Shown one piece after another: positions 1 to 12,250 of a stretch of DNA of 64,000 nucleotides. Source of the DNA: Eledone cirrhosa (lineage: Eukaryota); the NCBI GenBank assembly GCA_964016885.1, contig OZ024747.1:65224001-65288000 (forward strand). Direction: 5' to 3'. The notes beneath the pieces are model-generated. The model was not told the DNA's origin. It was given only the letters and a program-made list of their open reading frames with translations, and made no database searches. The number at the start of each line of letters is the position of its first letter. Position 1 is the stretch's first letter. The translations under genes were made by a program, and so were the position numbers.

Positions 1-669
1 TTGAATTACTGACAATGGTTCAGTCTCCACTATGTACTTTACAACTTCTGTTCCAGCATTGTATAGTTCATAGATCTGAAACATAGAAGAAACGATGTTG
101 ATTATTGAAATATTATTAAATAACTAGTAGCCCTCTGGTGGCCATTTCAAGAGAAATGTTGCAGTTCTTTAATCAACTGTAAAAACTAACAAAATAGATA
201 GAGTAAACTAAGGTTTCACTTCAAAGTCATCTAAAGCTCATATATACAACTGTTAACTTCAATAGCCAGTCCTTCTGTTAGCTAAGTTTACCATTCTATT
301 TCCTACAGCTATTCTAAGCTGGATAATTCTGTCACTTACTCTAACTACCTCTATCACCTTATCTATCCATTTCTCAAGGAGAATGCCTATACCACCTAAC
401 CCATCATCATTTCCTACCCAGTAGAGATTATATCTATGCTGTTTTCCTGGGAGTAGTCTTGCTAAGGCACCCTCCTCTATTTAACAGTTCCACAATTTCA
501 CCTGATTTACCTTTCAGGATACCAACATTAAGGGTGGCAGTCCTGAGATATGATTGAAACTAGAATCTCGGGGATGTGAAGTGAACTTCTCGGCCAATAA
601 GCCAATTAAACTTAAAACAGTTCCACTTAAGAGAAATAGAAATATATAGAAATATATATATATATATAT

Positions 670-1361
670 ATGGGTTTACTGTGTTTACTTCTACACATAT
701 TAATATTATAATGCTCAGTATTTATACTTTGACCTTGTTAATTGCAGGGTATCTATATGAATTAATAACTCTATATTTTATTTGTATTTCGGCTCCTTAT
801 CTGTTGAGCTTATAAAAATGAGTGTAAATAGGCTATTATTTATAGCATAACCACTCGCACCGCATATGACTTTCAACGCACGAGGTGTAAACTTTAGTGA
901 GTTTATCGTTATGGGTGTTATGTAACATTTAGTTTTATCTCTCGCTGACGAAATGCCTATGGATTACTTGTTACAAACACGATTCATTCAGGGCAAAACA
1001 GATTAAATCTTTAGTCTGGCCGGGAGATGAAATGGTTATTGATATGGTATGTATGAGAAATCTTGTAAGAAATCTTGTAACATCCCATATGATTCAGGTT
1101 GAATGATATATAACATTTGTGGTGTAATCTACCCTCGTAATTTTAGACATGGGTTTGCTGTGTTTACTTCTACACATATTAATATTATAATTGTTTCTAC
1201 TTTAGGCACAAGGCCAGCAATTACCCAGTGCATTACTGGTACTTTATTTTATCGACCCCGTAAGGATGAAAGGCAATTAATATTATAATGCTCAGTATTT
1301 ATACTTTGAGCTTGTTAATTGCAGGGTATCTATATGAGTTAATAACTCTATATTTTATTTG

Positions 1362-1364
<3 letters not shown>
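670..1364. repeat. Partial tandem duplication (~115 bp direct repeat, ~480 bp period) between (TA)n tracts
   Basis: ATGGGTTTRCTGTGTTTACTTCTACAC...TTTATTTGTAT occurs at 670-786 and again at 1149-1364, the second copy split by a SINE. Confidence 0.8.
1192..1275 (-). mobile_element. 5'-truncated Deu/Nin-domain SINE with 14-bp TSD
   Basis: Reverse complement GCCTTTCATCCTTACGGGGTCGATAAAATAAAGTACCAG; TSD ATTAATATTATAAT at 1178-1191 and 1276-1289; the empty site is visible in the upstream duplicate. Confidence 0.85.
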
Positions 1365-1422
<58 letters not shown>

Positions 1423-1805
1423 GCTATTCAATATATATATATAATATATATATACTTCCATATATATATCATATGTGTGTTTCTATGTATATAAAAATGT
1501 TACACCTGAGTTCTTTAGTAAGCCATTACACACATAACAATATTTATATTAGCAGAACTAATTAATATATGACACCACTCTCATCAGACAGACAGACATA
1601 GAATATTAAAAACAAACACTTGTTGATGGTAACTGTTAAACTTAAAATAATTAGATATACAAATATCTTAACTTTCTCATCATCATATTTCAATTTCTCT
1701 AAAACCAATGTTGGCAATTTATTTATACATATAACAATATATTTACACATATAACATATTTGTGTACATACAACAGTGTCATATATATATATATATATAT
1801 ATATA

Positions 1806-2091
1806 TATCATCATCATCATTTCATTTTACGTCCGCTTTTTCCCTGCTTGCAAGGGTGGGACGGGAACTGATACTGGCTTGGTTTCTACAGCTGGATGCC
1901 CTTCCTAACACCAACCTCATTTACAGTGAGTACTGGGTGTTTTTTTTTTTTTGCCATGGCACCTCAACGACCACTTTGTAGTGGAATGATAGGGACCTCG
2001 GTCCTTAGCATCTCATTTCTACAGCTGAGTAAACTGGAGCAATGTGAAATAAAGTGTCTTGCTCAAGGACACAACACATCACCCGGTCTGA

Positions 2092-2092
<1 letters not shown>
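1806..2092 (-). mobile_element. CORE-type SINE with RTE-like tail (truncated)
   Basis: (ATC)n tail, GGATGCCCTTCCTAACACCAAC motif, AAATAAAGTGTCTTGCTCAAGGACACAAC CORE-like block; matches 20770-21140. Confidence 0.8.
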
Positions 2093-2121
<29 letters not shown>

Positions 2122-2126
<5 letters not shown>

Positions 2127-2523
2127 TATGCAAGAAATGCTTAGGATTATCCTGAATGCAGTAATGGTTAATTACTACACTAGATAGAGTCGACATACGG
2201 TGAGGGATTACTCAACGAGTTACAAAAGAACAGTTAAAGAAACTTGGTTTCCGATTCTTCTATATTCCAGAGTGTAGATAAAGAATGATTAATAAATCAG
2301 GTAGACATCATAATAAGGTAATTTATTCCAAGTGTTTTCAAATGTTTATTTAGTAGTTACACAGCCTAGTCATGCTACATGCATGTTATTAATTTGAAGA
2401 TACTCAATTTTTAAATGCTGTTCGCACCACCAAATCTTCAGAACGAATGGCTGAATCAAGGTTCTTTTATATTTCTTAAAGGGAGTAATTGGGGGAGATA
2501 AATTAGAAAAAGAAGAGATAAAG

Positions 2524-2575
<52 letters not shown>

Positions 2576-3267
2576 AGAGAGAGTGATATGTAGGGATAGG
2601 AGAAATGGGAGAGAGTGGTTTGGAGAATACAGATAGCTTAATCTAAATGTTGTGATAGGGCTCCAACAAGTGGTTTTATTATACTGCTTACTCTCAAAGT
2701 GACAACTTAGGCATTGTGTTGATATTATCAAGTTTGGAATTATTTATTGCTACAGAGAGCAGGTTAATAGATGTAGAGGAGGGAGATAGACAGAGAGAGA
2801 GAGAGAGGGGACAGAAAAAAGTTAAGAGAAGGGGAAGGAAAGGCAATATACACCGAGTTGATAGTTGTAGTTTGCTGATCGTACTTAAGTATCCATTTAA
2901 TATGATAAGCAAGGTACTGGTTAGTAGTGTGTGGGGGGGGGGGGGGAGATATAGTTAGGAAGTAAGTGTTGAGTGAAATTAGTTAATGAGAAAGTGGTGT
3001 AATAGTCTCTGGTTCAAATTATGTTAAGTTACTTTTATAGTGAGAAATTTAGCCTTCAGTTTGTGGTTGCAGTATAATGATCGTTCGATTCTGTCATTTA
3101 GTAAATTCACTCTGAAGATTTGGTGATGCGAACAGCATTTGAAAATTGAGTATCTGCAAATAAATAACTACCAATTTGCATATAGTATGTCTAGGCTATG
3201 TAGAAACATTTGTAAACACTTGGAATAAATTACCTTTTTATGATGTCTACATGATTTATTAATCATT

Positions 3268-3270
<3 letters not shown>
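2122..3270. mobile_element. Fold-back Penelope-like remnant; diverged inverted arms ~2280-2458 and ~3085-3270 with degenerate hammerhead motifs
   Basis: Arms are reverse complements; CTGAAGA at 3112 ... GAAACATTTGTA at 3203-3214; same family as 11872-12250; (TA)n on both sides. Confidence 0.6.
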
Positions 3271-3309
<39 letters not shown>

Positions 3310-3371
3310 ATATATATATATGACATTGTTGTATGTACAGAAAAATGTTATATATATATATATATATATAT

Positions 3372-3510
3372 ACAGGGTGTCCCAAAAAATGTATACACAC
3401 TTTCCCAACATCATATTTCAATTTCTCTAAAACCAATGTTGGCAATTTATTTATACATATAACAATATATTTACACATTTAACATATTTGTGTACAAACA
3501 ACAAAGTCAT
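3372..3510. mobile_element. Tc1/mariner-like terminal fragment; internal part duplicated at ~1683-1780
   Basis: TA-CAGGGTGTCCCAAAAAATGTATACACACTTT resembles a Tc1-type TIR start; ~95 bp near-identical to 1683-1780. Confidence 0.5.
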
Positions 3511-3529
3511 ATATATATATATATATATA

Positions 3530-3772
3530 TTGTAGAAAACCCGCCAGACAGTCCACGCTGTAATGTGGCCGTGTAGGCAACACGGTAAAAACCTCCCAGC
3601 CCCACACTGTAAATGTGGTTGGTGTTAGGAAGGGCATCCAACTGTAGAAAACCCGCCAGACAGTCCTATGCGAGCAAGACAACCACTCTTGCCTCAAGTG
3701 GGAAAACTCCTGTCCAAACCCATGCAAGCGTGGAACGTGGACGTTAAACAATGATGATGATGATGATGATGA
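3530..3772 (+). mobile_element. RTE 3' UTR / SINE tail fragment
   Basis: GGAAGGGCATCCAACTGTAGAAAA motif, CCATGCAAGCGTGGAA hairpin, (GAT)n tail. Confidence 0.8.
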
Positions 3773-3838
3773 TATATATATAAAGCATTTTATCCGATTC
3801 AAAGCATTTCATCCGAATGAAATGCTTTGAAAGCGCAA

Positions 3839-3927
3839 AACATATCTGAGGAACTTGCGAATGCAGAGTCAGGTTCGATCTGTGACAGATCCTGCCTTGG
3901 GCTGATTGGAGAAACATGTAATATGTT
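3839..3927 (+). ncRNA. Type I hammerhead ribozyme motif, extended stem II
   Basis: Stem I AACATAT/ATATGTT, CTGAGGA 3846-3852, GAAAC 3911-3915, palindromic ACATGT then A (GUA site). Confidence 0.7.
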
Positions 3928-3971
3928 AATACATTGTGTTTTGATGCATCACTGATTCCTCATTATCTATA

Positions 3972-4002
<31 letters not shown>

Positions 4003-4086
4003 AAAGTAATAACAAAAATAACAAAACAAACGGCACAGTACATGGAAGAAATATATTAGTTTAACACTTGAAGTAGCAGGAAGAGA

Positions 4087-4124
4087 GTCTTAACGTTTCG
4101 GATACTAGTTCTTCATCAGAAGAC
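4087..4124 (-). ncRNA. Minimal hammerhead motif, degenerate stem II
   Basis: Minus strand GTCTT-CTGATGA-AGAACTAGTATCC-GAAACGTT-AAGAC; paralog of 38350-38385. Confidence 0.6.
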
Positions 4125-4424
4125 AGAGTTAGAAATAGAAGATAAATAGGAAGTAAAGAGTGATGAGAGGAAGGAACGGGGAAAATGAGAAAAAATTGGG
4201 GAGAAAAAAACTTACACATGCGTATTCACTCGGCCATCTTGGAGAACATATATATATATATATACAATTGATGGATAAAAAGTACTCAATACCAAAGTAG
4301 AGTAAAAATATTCATTTAATGGCTAAGTAATGAGCATAGTTACTCTATTGATTCATTGTCTGATGATCCTGCACAGGTAAAATGCCTGAATGACAAGGCT
4401 CACCACTAATACGTAAAATTATTA

Positions 4425-4459
<35 letters not shown>

Positions 4460-4869
4460 TTAGTACCTATTCTTACCATAACTTTACAGCCCAACTCTAC
4501 TCTATATGGGATCACTCCACTCTTCTTAAATCCCAACACTCCAGCCATAACTCGTTACTCTTTACCTCACACTACTATTAACTCTTAATGAGCCAGTCAT
4601 GACTACACACTAACCCCTAAGCTACACGGCTTAACAGTAATAATAATAGTCAACACTGAAACAATATTTGCACCTATTTTACAGGTAATGGCTTAAGTAG
4701 CAAGAGCATTAACGAGACCACATCAATTATTTGCAGAGTTAGAAATATAATTTATCACCATTATTGACAATATATAGACATATGTACGAACAATTTTGGA
4801 AACTATTTCAATAATAACATCCTTTCACTTCAAACTCTATTAACCACACAATCACAATGGTTTCCTTTC

Positions 4870-5610
4870 TTACTTGTACTTGTGTCAACATTCACCCTGG
4901 ACGGGTTGAGCTGGCTTCTTCCCTTGTCCTGACGGCATCCCAAACCATGGCAGCCCACGCATGACGGTCCCGGGCTAGTTCCTTGGAGATAGCGAGCCAG
5001 TCACGGTTCCATTGGCGCAGGCCGACCACCTGCGGACCTGAGAGTTCGGAGAGGTCCTCCTTGATCGTCGTTGATCAGGTCTTCAGCTGCCTGCCAACGC
5101 GCTTGCGCCAGTTAGGGAGTGGAGGTGGGAGGAGAACATCGCGGATCAGCTCACCCTCAGGGCACCGGGCTGCATGACCAAACCATCTCAAGCGCCGTTG
5201 TAGAAGCACTGAAGGAAGGGGTCGAAGATGCAGGCGAAGACGAAGACTGGGGGTAGGTACCCGATCAACGCATCGGCAGGGAAGAATGCGGTGGAGACAG
5301 TCATTGTCGAAGACCTCCAGCCCTCGTTGATCAACTACCCTCATAGGCCATGTTTCACAGCCATAGAGGAGGATAGTGCGCACGACGGCCTGGTAGATTC
5401 GCCCCTTTGTCACCGAGGTGATCCCTCTTCTGTCCCAGACACCGCTGGAGGCGCCCAAAAGCGGATCTGGCAGAACCTATGCGACGCTTAACCTCGGCTG
5501 TGCCCTGTCCCGTTGCAACCACTGTTGAGCCCAGGTAAACGGACTCCACATCCTCCAGGTCCACGCCCTCGAGAGATATTGGCTGCCAGGCATCAGGCGA
5601 GACCAGTGAT
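4870..5610 (-). mobile_element. RTE-clade LINE 3' fragment (frameshifted ORF2 C-terminus)
   Basis: YLGS, GRIYQAVVRTILLYGCETW, RRLRWFGHAAR motifs in ORFs 5355-5564 and 5075-5458. Confidence 0.9.
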
Positions 5611-5617
5611 GTCGTAT

Positions 5618-5870
5618 CATCATCATCATTTAACGTCCATTTTCCACATTAGCATGGGTTAGACGGGTTGCCTCATTGTGAGACAAACCAGGTCCGATGA
5701 CCATGACTTACTCATATAGGACTGGTTTGGGGTTGGTTTCTACAGCTGGATGCCCTTCCTAACAACAATCGGATTTACAGTCTGTGCTGGGCGCTTTTTG
5801 TTGTGACACCTACAAAACAACTTTACTGTGTGGGCTGGGTACTATTTGTCGTGACACCTATACAATGACA
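5618..5870 (-). mobile_element. SINE/RTE tail fragment
   Basis: (ATC)n, TTTAACGTCC, GGATGCCCTTCCTAAC motif, degenerate 48-bp units. Confidence 0.75.
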
Positions 5871-6219
5871 TAATCCAACAAGATGGTGTAGGACAGAACA
5901 AAGGAAAGACAAAAAATATAAAACCCAGTCACTGATGAGGTCACAGAATGTGTGACGAAGGAACTTTAACAATATATAAACAACCATCCAGTTATCAAAC
6001 CAACCAACCGGAAATTTATTATAATAAATTGAAGTGAAAACCAACAAGTGTGTGAGTTTTTATTTGCATCATGACCCTCACAAAGTATAAGAATATCTAT
6101 TACAACACATGTTTTCAGATAAGAAATCTTGCAAAACAAATTAAAAAACAAAGTATATACATATATATACATACATACATAATCATCATCATCATACATC
6201 CGCTCTTCCCTGCTTGCAA

Positions 6220-6256
<37 letters not shown>

Positions 6257-6600
6257 CCTCTGGGGGATACAGTTGAAACCAATGTGTCAGATTTAATTTA
6301 TAAAACAGTCTCACTATTGTTTTATATACTATAATATATGAGCTATTAAAAGAAATATAAACCAACTGAGATAAAATTGTGAATACTGTAAATACATGTC
6401 TGCACCTTTCTGCATATTTGCTCTACTGCTTTTATTGTATCTTTATTCTATTATATGTGATTATGTATTTTTTCCTATCTTTTGTTTGTTTGTTTGATTC
6501 TGCTGTTTTTATTCCATTCTATCTTGGCTTTTAAAAAAGACATTTTATAGTTAAACATGTTTCTACTAAATATTCATGTGACTATTAAAAAAAGGATATT

Positions 6601-6870
6601 TGTAGGTAAGTATGTAAGGAGGTAGGTAGATAGGTAGGGAGGTAGGTAGGTAGGTTGGGAGAGAGGTAGGTAGGTAGATAAGGAGGTATGTAAGAAGGTA
6701 TGTAGGAAGGTAGGTAGATAGGTAGGTAGGGTGGGAGGGAGGTTGGGAGAGAGGTAGGTAAGAAGAGAGGTAGATAAGGAGGTATGTAAGAAGATAGGTA
6801 GGTAGATAGGTAGGTAGGTAGGTAGATAGGTAGGTAGGTAGATAGATAGGTAGGTAAGTTGGTAGGTAGG
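6601..6870. repeat. (GTAG)n/(GATA)n compound microsatellite
   Basis: Direct reading. Confidence 0.9.
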
Positions 6871-7329
6871 TAATAATTGTTTCTACTTTTGGCACAAGGC
6901 CAGCAATTATCTCAGGGTATTACTGGTACTTTATTTTAGGTAGGTAATAATGAAAATAGTAATATTTTTTTTTAAATTTGAAATTCTATCATGTTTCATC
7001 TTTTAATGTAAAACTGAAGTAAATACAGCAAATTAATGAAAACTCTATTGTTCACCATTAGAAATATAAAATAAAGTCAATCAAAAATAGGCACACACAC
7101 ACACCCCCACACCCAATATAAACATAGGCCCCATTTCCACTGAACACTCTTATGTCACCATGTTTAAAATATCCTCTCTTCTCCACACCTGAACTCTATT
7201 ATTTTAATTCAAACCTGTGCCTGAATAAAATGTGGTACAGTAAATAAATATATACATATACACCAGGTCTGAACACAATGGAACCAAACTCCCACTGTTA
7301 CTGCCTGCATCTCTCCTGCGCTTCCCATC

Positions 7330-7412
7330 TCTCATTTACGGGGGTCGATAAAAAAAAGTACCAGTAATGTACTGGATAATTGCTGGCCTTGTGCCAAACG
7401 TAGAAACAATTA
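7330..7412 (+). mobile_element. Deu/Nin-domain SINE 3' fragment (opposite-strand fragment at ~6875-6937)
   Basis: GGGGTCGATAAAA...GTACCAGTAATG...GGCCTTGTGCCAAACGTAGAAACAATTATT. Confidence 0.75.
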
Positions 7413-7609
7413 TTATATACAAATGGGGGCCCACACACTGGCTACCCAGCGACCCCAAAGGGCAGAATAGAGAAAGTGTTTCCTGGAGGATGGTGAGGGA
7501 CGTGCATTGAAAGAGCCATTCCAGCTCACAAGGCTCTCACCTGTGGGTGATGATCATATAACAATAACTTGTCAAATTCCAACATTAGGAAGTTTCTAAC
7601 CTGATTGCA

Positions 7610-7955
7610 CCACCTCAGTCAATCAATAGGTCGCACTGCTTGCATGGATTCCCTTGACTTTCAGTCACCATCAAATTCTATTGTTTATCATATACGGCAG
7701 GTGAGAGGGATTGCAGTTCATGGTGTCACAAATCTGCTTGATATAGGCCTTGGCTTGTCGTCCCCTGCTAGCTCTTCCTTGTGCAGGACCCCACAAAAGA
7801 GAGATTACAGTTTATGTTGTCACAAATCTGCTTGACATAGATCTTGGATTGTTGTTCTCAGCTAGTTCTTCTTTGTATAAGCTCCCACAAAAGAACTTGA
7901 CTAACAATTTCGTCTTTTGCTGTCCAGCAATGCCCTGCCAATCTGATGATGTCAG
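7610..7955 (-). mobile_element. Degenerate RTE-X-like LINE 3' fragment with internal duplication
   Basis: Minus-strand translation AGHCWTAKDEIVSQVLLW...KIYVKQICD resembles RTE-X ORF2 C-termini. Confidence 0.6.
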
Positions 7956-8569
7956 ATACTGAACAAAGGTTCCTATATAGTCACTCATTGGTCAGACAAT
8001 CTCCCCACTTAGCATGCAAGAGTAGGCTCCATCTAATCTTCTTTCCAATAAAACAAAAAGTGTAAAACTTATACAACTTTGTTGCCATAAACAAAATACT
8101 AAAGCAAGTATTAATGAAGAAAGAGATAAAGAAACAATAAATTCTTAGAGACATATATAAATATTAGAATTGTCTAGGTCAACCATTTTTTTTTTTTATT
8201 TCCTGTTCATATATATTTCTAGATTCAAAGGTTTCAGAAATCTGTACTAATGATGAATAAAATGGAAATTATAAGAAAAGAAGTAAACTACGGCAACAAA
8301 AGGAATTCTATAGAAGAGATGTTGGTTTTATGGTTTAAAATATGATAATTTGATGAGTGGAGTTAAGAGAGCCAAATAATAATGGTAATAGAGAGAGCAA
8401 CAACAGCATAGTCAGGAAGTATAGAAACAATAGTGGTCTAGATCTTTTTAAACTGCCAGACAGAAATAAAATATGGAGAAAGCTAAGGTTTTATACAATG
8501 ATGAATGGATATATATATATATTATGTATGTATAATTATATATATATGTTTGTATATATAAATACTAAC

Positions 8570-8589
<20 letters not shown>

Positions 8590-8602
<13 letters not shown>

Positions 8603-9150
8603 TAAATACTCATATATGTATATATATACATATATAAATACTCATATATATATGTGTATATATGTATATATAAATACTCATATATATATATATATACATA
8701 TATACACATATATAAATACTCATATATATATATTTACATATATAAATACTCATATATATATATACACATATATAAATACTTATATATATATATATATACA
8801 TATATAAATACTTATATATATATATATACATATATAAATACTTATATATATATATATATACATATATAAATACTTATATATATATATATAATTATATATA
8901 TTTATGTATATATAATTATATATATATACATATGTATATATAAATATCTATACATATATAAATACATACATATATGTATGTATATATAATTATATACATA
9001 TATATATGTATATATAAATATCTATACATATATAAATACATACATATATGTATGTATATATAATTATATACATATATATGTATGTATATATAAATATCTA
9101 TACATATATAAATACATACATATATGTATATATATATATATATATGTATG
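8590..9150. repeat. AT-rich compound micro/minisatellite
   Basis: Repeated ATATATAAATACT(C/T)ATATAT and ATATATAAATATCTATAC units. Confidence 0.85.
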
Positions 9151-9553
9151 TAAAATATTAAACAAATAATGAATAAACAATTCCTTATATTAAACAAAAA
9201 AAGTTCATTATTTAACGATCGTTTCTAGGGTATATATGTGTTATAATTGGTATGCATATTCAACAGATCTATGTACAAAATTATACAAAATTATACAAAT
9301 TATCAAGATTAAATATACATACCTAACACATATATACGCCGTCTTCAGATTATTTCTGAAGACGGCGTATATATGTGTTAGGTATGTATATTTAATCTTG
9401 ATAATTTGTATAATTTTGTATAATTTTGTACATAGATCTGTTGAATATGCATACCAATTATAACACATATATACCCTAGAAACGATCGTTAAATAATGAA
9501 TTTTTTTTGTTTAATATAAGGAATTGTTTATTCATTATTTGTTTAATATTTTA
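9151..9553. repeat. Near-perfect ~400-bp palindrome (two ~199-bp arms, 5-nt loop TTATT)
   Basis: Centre TCAGA-TTATT-TCTGA at 9352; mirror ORFs 9236-9463(+) and 9241-9468(-); only one mismatch noticed. Confidence 0.95.
9349..9497 (+). ncRNA. Type I hammerhead ribozyme motif with ~115-nt stem II
   Basis: Stem I ATTATTT/AAATAAT, CTGAAGA 9356-9362, stem II GTATATATGTGTTA/TAACACATATATAC plus GGTATGTATATTTAA/TTGAATATGCATACC, GAAAC 9479-9483, palindromic ACGATCGT then T (GUU site). Confidence 0.75.
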
Positions 9554-9742
9554 TCTTGACTCTGTATACCGTTTATCTTTCACCGAAAGTGGTTTTTCAT
9601 TACATCTCTTCTTTCCATGATATCCGGAATACATTGAGTTCTTCATACGGATTGGACACTACCGTAAACTCTTGGTAGATTTATCTACATATATATGTAT
9701 GTATATATAAATATATATACATATATAAATACATATATAAAT

Positions 9743-9795
<53 letters not shown>

Positions 9796-9844
9796 CATAT
9801 ATACATACACACATATGCACATATACACACACATATGCACATAT

Positions 9845-9875
<31 letters not shown>

Positions 9876-11040
9876 ACAATTGATTTGAGCAAAGGAGTGG
9901 AAGGAATGGGGTGGTTTGAAGTGGTAAACAACAGTATATAACTAATTCAACTGAACAGATAGTTTGATTCAAGAATGAGAATAAAGAAAATTAAATAAAA
10001 CGACAACAACAACAACAACAAAACAACAACAACAATAATAATAATAATAATAATAAAATACAAATAGAATGAATATCAATTTGAATATGTAAAGAGAGAC
10101 GGTGTATAAGAATGGTATTCCAGTGATTTTGGATGGAATATCAAACACAATCTCAAACTGTTGGCAGACTTTCTATGAAGAGGAATTCTATTTAAGCCAT
10201 TCACGTGGCATGATTATCAATGAAAGTGGATTTCAAATTTCTAAAAACTGTCTAGAAAGTTATCCATTTGAAGGAAAATTACACAAAATCGTACAATATA
10301 ATATTACCGTCCATTATTTCTAAATAATTTCCTTTCCTAGCATCATTTTTTTTTTTTTTATCTTTTATTCGTTTATTTTTTTCCGTTCTTTAAATTCTCA
10401 AAATAATTCTTATTACAAAAGACTTTAATCAAATGTATTTTCTAGAGCTTTCAGACATTAGATAAAAAAAAGTTGTTGTTGCTATCGTTATTGTTGTTGT
10501 TGTCGTCGTCATTGTTGTTGTTGTTGTTTAGCCCCAGGCGAGCTACAGAAGTCTCCTCATTGGTTTTTTGGTGTTGTTGCTTTTGTTGTTGTCATCGTCA
10601 TTGTTGCTGCCATTTTTGTTGTCATTGTTGTTTAGCCCCAAGCAAGCGACAGAAGCCCCTTCACCCCCTCATTGGTTTGTTGGTGTTGTTTCTCTTGTTT
10701 TGTTGTCATTATTATTATTAGTTATTGCTGTATAGCCCCCCCCAGGAGGGCTAAAGAAATGTTCTCTTCTTGTCTCATTGACAGAGGTAATGATGCTAAT
10801 GTTATCAATTTTGTTGTTACTATTGGTGTTCTTTTGTTGTTACTATTGGTGTAGCTGTTATTATTGTTGTTTAGCCTCAGGTGTGCTATAGAGAGACCCC
10901 CCTTAGCCCATTAGTATTCCTGGCTAGCTAGTTTCTTCGCATCTACTGAAGTGCTCTTTGAAGAAAGGGTGAGAGGGAAGAAGCATCTACATCGTTGCTA
11001 GACATGCTAGAAATAGCAACCAAATCTCACTCAAATATAA

Positions 11041-11248
11041 CCCTTTAGCATTTAAACTGGATAAATGCGACCAGAATTCTCCCACTTCCTTCTGTTAAAA
11101 CCGGATGTAACCGGTCGCTAATACTGATGTTAAGGTATCGTTCTCAACATAAATAATATCAACATCTCATAGGTTCGATAATATGTGAGATAAAGCCTTT
11201 ACCATGAAAATATAATAGTAAATATAGAGTTATGTAAATGCTAAAGGG
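11041..11248. mobile_element. piggyBac-type MITE
   Basis: TIR CCCTTTAGCATTTA/TAAATGCTAAAGGG; TTAA on the right, ATAA on the left; second copy at 55848-56068. Confidence 0.8.
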
Positions 11249-11871
11249 TTAAAACACAATGAGACAATGTAGTCCCTGATATACAAAAATTAAAGGGATA
11301 ATGACAATTGAAACATTTTTATCATAGGTCTATTCAATACAGAACATTATTCTACACAGAATCCCATCTCTATGAAACAACATTTCATGAGCAAAAATGA
11401 AAATAAACAGAAGTAGAAAGTAATTAACTTTACACTGTATCAGGGAAACAGAGGACATATTAAAAACATGTAAATATAAATAAACGGAGAATTTGAATTT
11501 TAGACTGGCATAAACTAAGAGTTTAAAACACTGCTTATGTAGAAGACTACGGATAGAAGAAAAGACAAGTATTGCTTACATTCTCTCAAAATCGACAAAT
11601 CGCCTGTTGGATAGATAAATTCTGTCCTTGGGACTAGCAAGATTTATTTTATACTTGCGGGGGGGGGGGGGGGGTATGAGAGAAGGAGCAAGTATTTACA
11701 AGCAGGGAGCGAAATGCAGGAAGGTTCTAGAATAATTATTCAATAACAATACTAGAAGGTTAGTTTTTAGGAAGGGTCCAACAGCCAAACAGATTGAGAC
11801 ATATTAAAAACATGTAAATATAAATAAACGGAGAATTTGAATTTTAGACTGATATATATATATATATATAT

Positions 11872-12250
11872 TAGGTATAGGATTATCCAAGATGTAGTAA
11901 TGGTTAATTACTACACTGGATATGGTTGACGTACGGTAAGAGGTTACTCTATGAGTTATGGAAAAATTGTTCAAGAAACTTAGTTCCTGATCCTTCAGTA
12001 TTCCGGAGTGTATATAAAGAATGAATAATAACAGGTAGACATCATAAAAAGGTAATTTATTCCGTGTGCTTACAAGTGTTTCCACGGTGGTACTGCAGCC
12101 TAGTTATGCTACGTGCAAATTCACAAGTACTTGCAGAACTCGAATATCCAATGCTGTGACCACTGTTTCCTCAGAGTGGAAACACTTGTAAGCACACGGA
12201 ATAAATTTCCTTTTTATGATGTCTACCTGTTATTATTCATTCTTTATATA
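11872..12250 (-). mobile_element. Fold-back Penelope-like remnant with hammerhead motif (12069-12176, minus strand)
   Basis: Inverted arms ~12011-12085 / 12176-12250; minus strand CT-CTGAGGA-A-ACAGTGGT...ACCACCGT-G-GAAAC-ACTT-GTA-AG; flanked by (TA)n. Confidence 0.65.

Noticed and set aside
4750-4850. Possible GIY-YIG C-terminal remnant (RTILETISI)
   Set aside because: Too short, contains a stop codon, no GIY/YIG motif seen
10102-10323. 73-codon non-repetitive ORF as a host exon
   Set aside because: No recognisable domain or convincing splice acceptor; could be UTR or conserved non-coding DNA; needs BLAST or RNA-seq
11452-11851. ~55-bp direct repeat ~345 bp apart
   Set aside because: Real duplication, but no LTR termini, ribozyme core or coding signal to classify it
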